A stretch of 64,000 nt of DNA from positions 2,944,001 through 3,008,000 of the forward strand of contig OZ241986.1 in assembly GCA_965204375.1 (NCBI GenBank). The letters are read 5' to 3'. Positions 59,403 to 64,000 of the stretch are shown here, piece by piece; the stretch's first letter is position 1; the number at the start of each line of letters is the position of its first letter. The translations under genes and the position numbers were made by a program. The DNA comes from Candidatus Latescibacterota bacterium (GTDB lineage: Bacteria; Latescibacterota; UBA2968). The notes under the pieces were generated by a model. The model worked only from the letters and a program-made list of their open reading frames with translations, made no database searches and was not told the origin of the DNA.

Positions 59403-61007
59403 CTAAGCACCTGTCTTGAGCACATGGCGTTGCAAGCCGGGAATATGCACCTCTTTTACATAAGAGGGCCAATCTATGCGCGAAACATCACAATTAAAAA
59501 TCTCTTTATCTTCTGCATCCATGCTGTCAAACAACCGATTCATATTGTCGTTTTGAAATACGCAATCCAGAGAAATATAAGAACCGTAAATATCGGTAAG
59601 CGACAGTGTATTTTCCAAAGTGGCATTCAAAATCGATAATTGGCGTTTCTGCTTTGAAACATCGACCAGCGGCACCAAATTCAGTGCCCGTTGCAAAATT
59701 TTGAGTGGCAACAAATACTTATAGCGCAACTTGCGACGAAATTGTGACAGTGTCGGATAGGTCCACGGCGTCACCACAATGGGTTTGCCATTGCGATCGC
59801 GCATTGGATTGTTCACAAAATACTCGTACACATATTGGACGACCTCACCTACCGTCACCGGATTCTTTGCACTTGTTGTCACATGATAAACCTTCAAATC
59901 GGCATTTTCACGAATGAAAGGCAAAACACCGATAATCACATTGATAATAATATCCACAGGAATAACGTCTAAAACCGCTTCTGGACGTGCGGGAAAATCC
60001 CTCAAACGCCCCTTGCCGTAGTGTGCAATAAGCGGGTCGGCCACTTTTAGCCCCTCCAGCCATCCCGGCTCTGGATCGGACAAACTGCTCTCAATAATAG
60101 AAGGACGCACAATCACAGTTGGCAAATCGTCCCGGGTCTTGGCAATCATCTGCTCGCCCATGGCCTTGGTAAAAGAATAACTGTCGTGCCAGCCCAACTC
60201 TCGCCCGCGCTTTATGCCGCGTGCCACCATCCGTTCTCGCACCCAGCGCAGGCGCAAAGCCTCCAACTGGTGTTCCCGCCGATGCGCTGTAACGCGCTTG
60301 CCCCGATCCTGCCGGTCCAGCAACCGCGTAAATTCCGCAAACCGCTCGGGACTCCGCGACGCCGCCTCTACTTCGCGGCTATACGCCAGAATATCTTCAA
60401 TTTCCGAATCCAGACTATAATCGGGCGCGCGACCATTTCCCATCTGTTGTGCCACAGTTTGATCGGGCACGGGCGCGTCTTCAGAAATGTTCCGCTTTTG
60501 CCGCCCATTGACATAAGCCGTTGAAACATGCACGAGCACAGCATCTCGACACGCCTTGGCAAATTCGACCACGCGTCTGGCCCCAAGTGTATTTTGCGTC
60601 AGAGCCGTATCCAGTGGCTCGTCAAAAACCACATTGGCTGCACTGTTAATCACAATATCGACTTCACGGGTCAACCGCGCATATGTCCCGGCATCCATGC
60701 CGAGGTGGTCTTGTGTCAAATCGCTCGGCACGGCAATGACTTTTTCGCGCATCACAGCATCAAAACGATCCCCGAGTTCTGCACGCAATCGCGCAAAGGC
60801 ACTGGATTGCAAAATCTCCTTTTGCAGCCGGTCTTCGGCACTAATGGTCTTGCCCCCTCCCCGCCTTTGGGGACGCACCATCAGATAAATGCGCCCAACA
60901 TCTGGCACATGGCAAAGGATTTTTTCCACCAATCCCTTGCCCAAAAAACCAGTTGCACCCGTAACAAAAAGAACCTTGTGGTTCAAAAATGGAATAACGA
61001 CACTCAT
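59403..61007 (-). CDS. Alcohol-forming fatty acyl-CoA reductase (NAD_binding_4 + Sterile domains)
   Basis: TGATGFLGK, NSAA, HVSTAYV, YSFTKAMGE, IVRPSII, EPGWLEG, DVIPVD, F.CD...IDW..Y....HIPGL. Confidence 0.92.
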   Translation of the reverse strand: MSVVIPFLNHKVLFVTGATGFLGKGLVEKILCHVPDVGRIYLMVRPQRRGGGKTISAEDRLQKEILQSSAFARLRAELGDRFDAVMREKVIAVPSDLTQDHLGMDAGTYARLTREVDIVINSAANVVFDEPLDTALTQNTLGARRVVEFAKACRDAVLVHVSTAYVNGRQKRNISEDAPVPDQTVAQQMGNGRAPDYSLDSEIEDILAYSREVEAASRSPERFAEFTRLLDRQDRGKRVTAHRREHQLEALRLRWVRERMVARGIKRGRELGWHDSYSFTKAMGEQMIAKTRDDLPTVIVRPSIIESSLSDPEPGWLEGLKVADPLIAHYGKGRLRDFPARPEAVLDVIPVDIIINVIIGVLPFIRENADLKVYHVTTSAKNPVTVGEVVQYVYEYFVNNPMRDRNGKPIVVTPWTYPTLSQFRRKLRYKYLLPLKILQRALNLVPLVDVSKQKRQLSILNATLENTLSLTDIYGSYISLDCVFQNDNMNRLFDSMDAEDKEIFNCDVSRIDWPSYVKEVHIPGLQRHVLKTGA

Positions 61008-61223
61008 AAAAAGACCCCGGCATACCAAAAAAATTAAAATGCAACAGCACTAAAAACCACCTTCCCAATTAAAGGCGTCCATTGGACTTGTGTCAACCCC
61101 TTTCTCGCGCAGTTCACAAGCGCAAATCCTTATCAAAAATGAGGTTGACAAAAAAATGATCAACTCCTATCTTGTCCATCTTCAAACCGATACAAGCCGT
61201 ATTTCTCACAGGGAATTTTATGC

Positions 61224-61622
61224 ATGGAACGCACCTTGCTCATCGTCAAACCCGACGCTGTTGCACAAAATGTAATCGGTGAAATCATTCGCCGACTCGA
61301 AGAAAAAAACTTTTGGATTGTAAACCTAAAAATGGTTTGTCTCACGCGCCAACAGGCCGCCGAGTTTTATGCAGTACATCGCCAACGGCCTTTTTACAAC
61401 GACTTGCTCGATTTTATGACCTCTGGCCCCTGTGTGCCCGTGGCACTCGAGCGAGACAATGCCGTTGCATTTTTGCGCGAGGCCATTGGCAGCACCAATC
61501 CCGAAGAAGCCGCAGAAGGCACCATTCGCAAAGACTTTGCAACCAATATTCAAAACAATGCCGTACACGCCTCAGATTCACTGGAAAACGCAGCCAAAGA
61601 AGTGGCTTTCTTTTTTGGGTAA
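61224..61622 (+). CDS. ndk: Nucleoside diphosphate kinase
   Basis: ERTLLIVKPD, GTIR, NAVHASDS. Confidence 0.96.
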   Translation: MERTLLIVKPDAVAQNVIGEIIRRLEEKNFWIVNLKMVCLTRQQAAEFYAVHRQRPFYNDLLDFMTSGPCVPVALERDNAVAFLREAIGSTNPEEAAEGTIRKDFATNIQNNAVHASDSLENAAKEVAFFFG

Positions 61623-61628
61623 AACCTT

Positions 61629-62141
61629 ATGAAAATCGACCTGAGAGATATACAGGAAGGCGAGACCGAATTTGCGTTTGAAGAAACGCCGACCGACCTG
61701 CACATTACCGAAGAAGACATCCAATTTGCAGGTGCCATCAACACCCGGCTCGTCGTGTACAAATACGGCGACTCGCTCTCGGCCAAAGGGCAAACCACCT
61801 GTCTGGTGCGCCCCGAATGCGCGCGGTGCCTGGAACCCATCGAATTTCCCATCGTCATCTCATACGCATTCGTTTTTCAAAAAGGTCGTCCCGACCAGAT
61901 GGACGATGACGATGATGAAACGCTGATCTGGCTCAATGAAGAACCCGGCGAAATAGATCTGGGCAATGACGTGAAAGACTATATTTTGCTCGAATTACCC
62001 ATGATTCCAACCTGTGCTGCATCGCCTTCTGGCCCTTGTGAACGCTATGAGCAAGACCCCCACGAATTGCTGGAATACGAGCGTGAAAAGAGCCACGACC
62101 CGCGTTGGGATGCTCTCCGCGCACTTAAAGAAAGCGAGTAG
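61629..62141 (+). CDS. yceD: DUF177/YceD family protein
   Basis: ECARCLEP, DPRWDALR; canonical position before rpmF. Confidence 0.85.
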   Translation: MKIDLRDIQEGETEFAFEETPTDLHITEEDIQFAGAINTRLVVYKYGDSLSAKGQTTCLVRPECARCLEPIEFPIVISYAFVFQKGRPDQMDDDDDETLIWLNEEPGEIDLGNDVKDYILLELPMIPTCAASPSGPCERYEQDPHELLEYEREKSHDPRWDALRALKESE

Positions 62142-62213
62142 CTGGCTCTATCACGCCTCAAGCGCGGTACACATTTCTAAATAAACGATGCATTAATCAA
62201 AAAGGAATACCTC

Positions 62214-62396
62214 ATGGCCAACCCCAAACGAAAAAGTTCAAATTCTCGCACCGGCAAACGCCGTGCCAATTGGAAGCTGCGTCAACCCACTTTTAACGCA
62301 TGCCCCAACTGTGGGCAGCCAAAAATACCCCATCGGATCTGTGGAAATTGCGGTTATTACAATGGGCGCGAAGTGGTTGAAATCGATGGCTTTTAG
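62214..62396 (+). CDS. rpmF: 50S ribosomal protein L32
   Basis: MANPKRK..CPNCG..PHRICGNCGYY. Confidence 0.97.
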   Translation: MANPKRKSSNSRTGKRRANWKLRQPTFNACPNCGQPKIPHRICGNCGYYNGREVVEIDGF

Positions 62397-62441
62397 TTTG
62401 GTCTAACGTCGCGCATACTTTTTTGAGGAGCAGAGTACATC

Positions 62442-63434
62442 ATGTATCCCCTTACAGCCACCATCACCGGGGTTGGGCACTATGTCCCAGAACAAAAGCT
62501 GACCAATACCGACCTCGAAAAAATGGTCGATACATCCGACGAGTGGATCACTTCCCGCACAGGTATTAAAGAACGCCGCATCCTCAACGAAGGGTTGGGC
62601 ACATCTTTTATGGCTCTAAAATCTCTGGAAGCCATTCTGCACAACAAAGGACTCGATGCCAGAGATATCGACTTGCTCATCGTCGCAACCATCACGCCCG
62701 ACATGGTATTTCCATCAACGGCCTGTCTGGTACAGGACCAAATTGGTGCCACAAATGCCTGGGCTTTTGATCTGGCGGCAGCCTGTAGCGGTTTTTTATA
62801 TGCTCTGATGGTGGGGGGGCAATTTATTGAAACGGGCGCACACAAACGCGTGGTCGTCATTGGAGCCGACAAAATGAGCAGCATTACAGACTACACCGAT
62901 CGCGACACCTGTGTGCTCTTTGGCGATGGCGCGGGCGCCGTTTTACTCGAGCCCGGCGAACCCGGTTTGGGACTTAAAGACTTTATCCTCTATTCTGATG
63001 GTAGCGGCGTAAAACATCTGCGACAACCCGCTGGCGGCAGTCTGCTTCCCGCCTCTCGTGAAACCGTTGATAAGAAAATGCACTATATTTATCAAGATGG
63101 TCGCGAAGTTTTCAAATTTGCAGTTCCCAAGATGGCCGAAGTTTCCGCTCAAATCCTCGAACGCAACGGCCTTGTCGGCAAAGACATCGCGCTTTTTGTG
63201 CCGCATCAGGCCAACAAGCGCATTATCGACGCATGTGTTAAACGCACAGATATACCCAAAGACCGCGTTGTAGTCAATATCGACCGCTATGCCAACACCT
63301 CGGCTGCCACCATTCCCATTGGCCTGTCTGAAGCAGTCGAACAGGGCCGTCTCAGCCGCGGTGACAATGTGCTGCTCGCCAGTGCCGGTGCGGGATATAC
63401 CTGGGGCAGCACCCTGCTAACCTGGGCTTATTAA
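62442..63434 (+). CDS. fabH: Beta-ketoacyl-ACP synthase III
   Basis: DTSDEWI, AACSGF, LFGDGAGA, PHQAN, NTS. Confidence 0.96.
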   Translation: MYPLTATITGVGHYVPEQKLTNTDLEKMVDTSDEWITSRTGIKERRILNEGLGTSFMALKSLEAILHNKGLDARDIDLLIVATITPDMVFPSTACLVQDQIGATNAWAFDLAAACSGFLYALMVGGQFIETGAHKRVVVIGADKMSSITDYTDRDTCVLFGDGAGAVLLEPGEPGLGLKDFILYSDGSGVKHLRQPAGGSLLPASRETVDKKMHYIYQDGREVFKFAVPKMAEVSAQILERNGLVGKDIALFVPHQANKRIIDACVKRTDIPKDRVVVNIDRYANTSAATIPIGLSEAVEQGRLSRGDNVLLASAGAGYTWGSTLLTWAY

Positions 63435-64000
63435 ATGACAAAAAAAGCTTTCCTATTTCCAGGGCAAGGCTCCCAATTTGTTGGCATGGGACACGACCTG
63501 TACAGGACCGCACCAGAAGCGCACAAGATTTTTGATCTTGCCGACGACATGCTCGACATAGACATCAAATCATTCTGCTTTAGCGGTCCTGCCGAGTCAC
63601 TCAAACAAACCGCAGTCACACAACCGGCAATTTTTGCCCACAGCATTGCCGCTCTTGAAGTACTTAAAAGCCGGGGACTGCACCCCGACCTCGTGGCAGG
63701 ACACAGTGTTGGGGAACTCGCCGCCCTCGTTGCAGCAGGTGTCATGCGCGTCGAAGACGGCTTTCGGGTCGTCAGCGTTCGCGGACATGCCATGCAAGTC
63801 GCGGGAAAAATTCGGCCAGGCACCATGGCTGCAGTGCTCGGTCTCGATGACGACGTAATGATTCGTCTTTGCGCTGACCTCAGTTCTTCGGGCCATGTTA
63901 CAACAGCCAATTTCAATTGCCCCGGACAAGTGGTCCTATCTGGCGAGGAAAATGCCGTTGACGAAGCACTCGAAAAAGCCAAAGCACTGGGAGCCAAACG
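63435..64000 (+). CDS. fabD: Malonyl-CoA:ACP transacylase (partial, runs off window)
   Basis: Not in ORF track. MTKKAFLFPGQGSQFVGMG, TQPAI, GHSVGE, ANFNCPGQVV. Confidence 0.95.
   Translation, partial: MTKKAFLFPGQGSQFVGMGHDLYRTAPEAHKIFDLADDMLDIDIKSFCFSGPAESLKQTAVTQPAIFAHSIAALEVLKSRGLHPDLVAGHSVGELAALVAAGVMRVEDGFRVVSVRGHAMQVAGKIRPGTMAAVLGLDDDVMIRLCADLSSSGHVTTANFNCPGQVVLSGEENAVDEALEKAKALGAK

Overview
Bacterial chromosomal window. By inference it comes from an FCB-related, probably host-associated lineage such as Ca. Latescibacterota sponge symbionts; the support is PorV/T9SS-type genes, many dockerin-like EF-hand tags and ankyrin/LRR/WD40/YWTD repeat proteins. Layout: (1) 0.7-12.2 kb, minus-strand aromatic amino-acid super-operon (trpE-G-D, oxidoreductase, trpC-F, tyrS, aldolase-like, trpB-A, chorismate mutase, DAHP synthase), headed by an unannotated Phe/Tyr/Trp-rich leader peptide and an attenuator; (2) 12-31.6 kb, ABC/glycosylation genes and a T9SS/outer-membrane/secreted-protein cluster; (3) 31.7-43.4 kb, large secreted repeat proteins, MITE-like repeats and an IS256; (4) 43.5-51 kb, an IS1380 next to a 5.7-kb IS1595-family cargo transposon (27-bp TIRs) carrying structured RNAs, a micro-ORF, passenger genes and a nested IS3; (5) 52-61 kb, a minus-strand cluster resembling the eukaryotic peroxisomal ether-lipid pathway (fatty acyl-CoA reductase, HxxxxD acyltransferase, alkyl-DHAP synthase, SDR, lipid kinase), divergent from ndk-yceD-rpmF-fabH-fabD, which lacks plsX. 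All calls come from reading motifs by eye; no database searches or folding programs were run.
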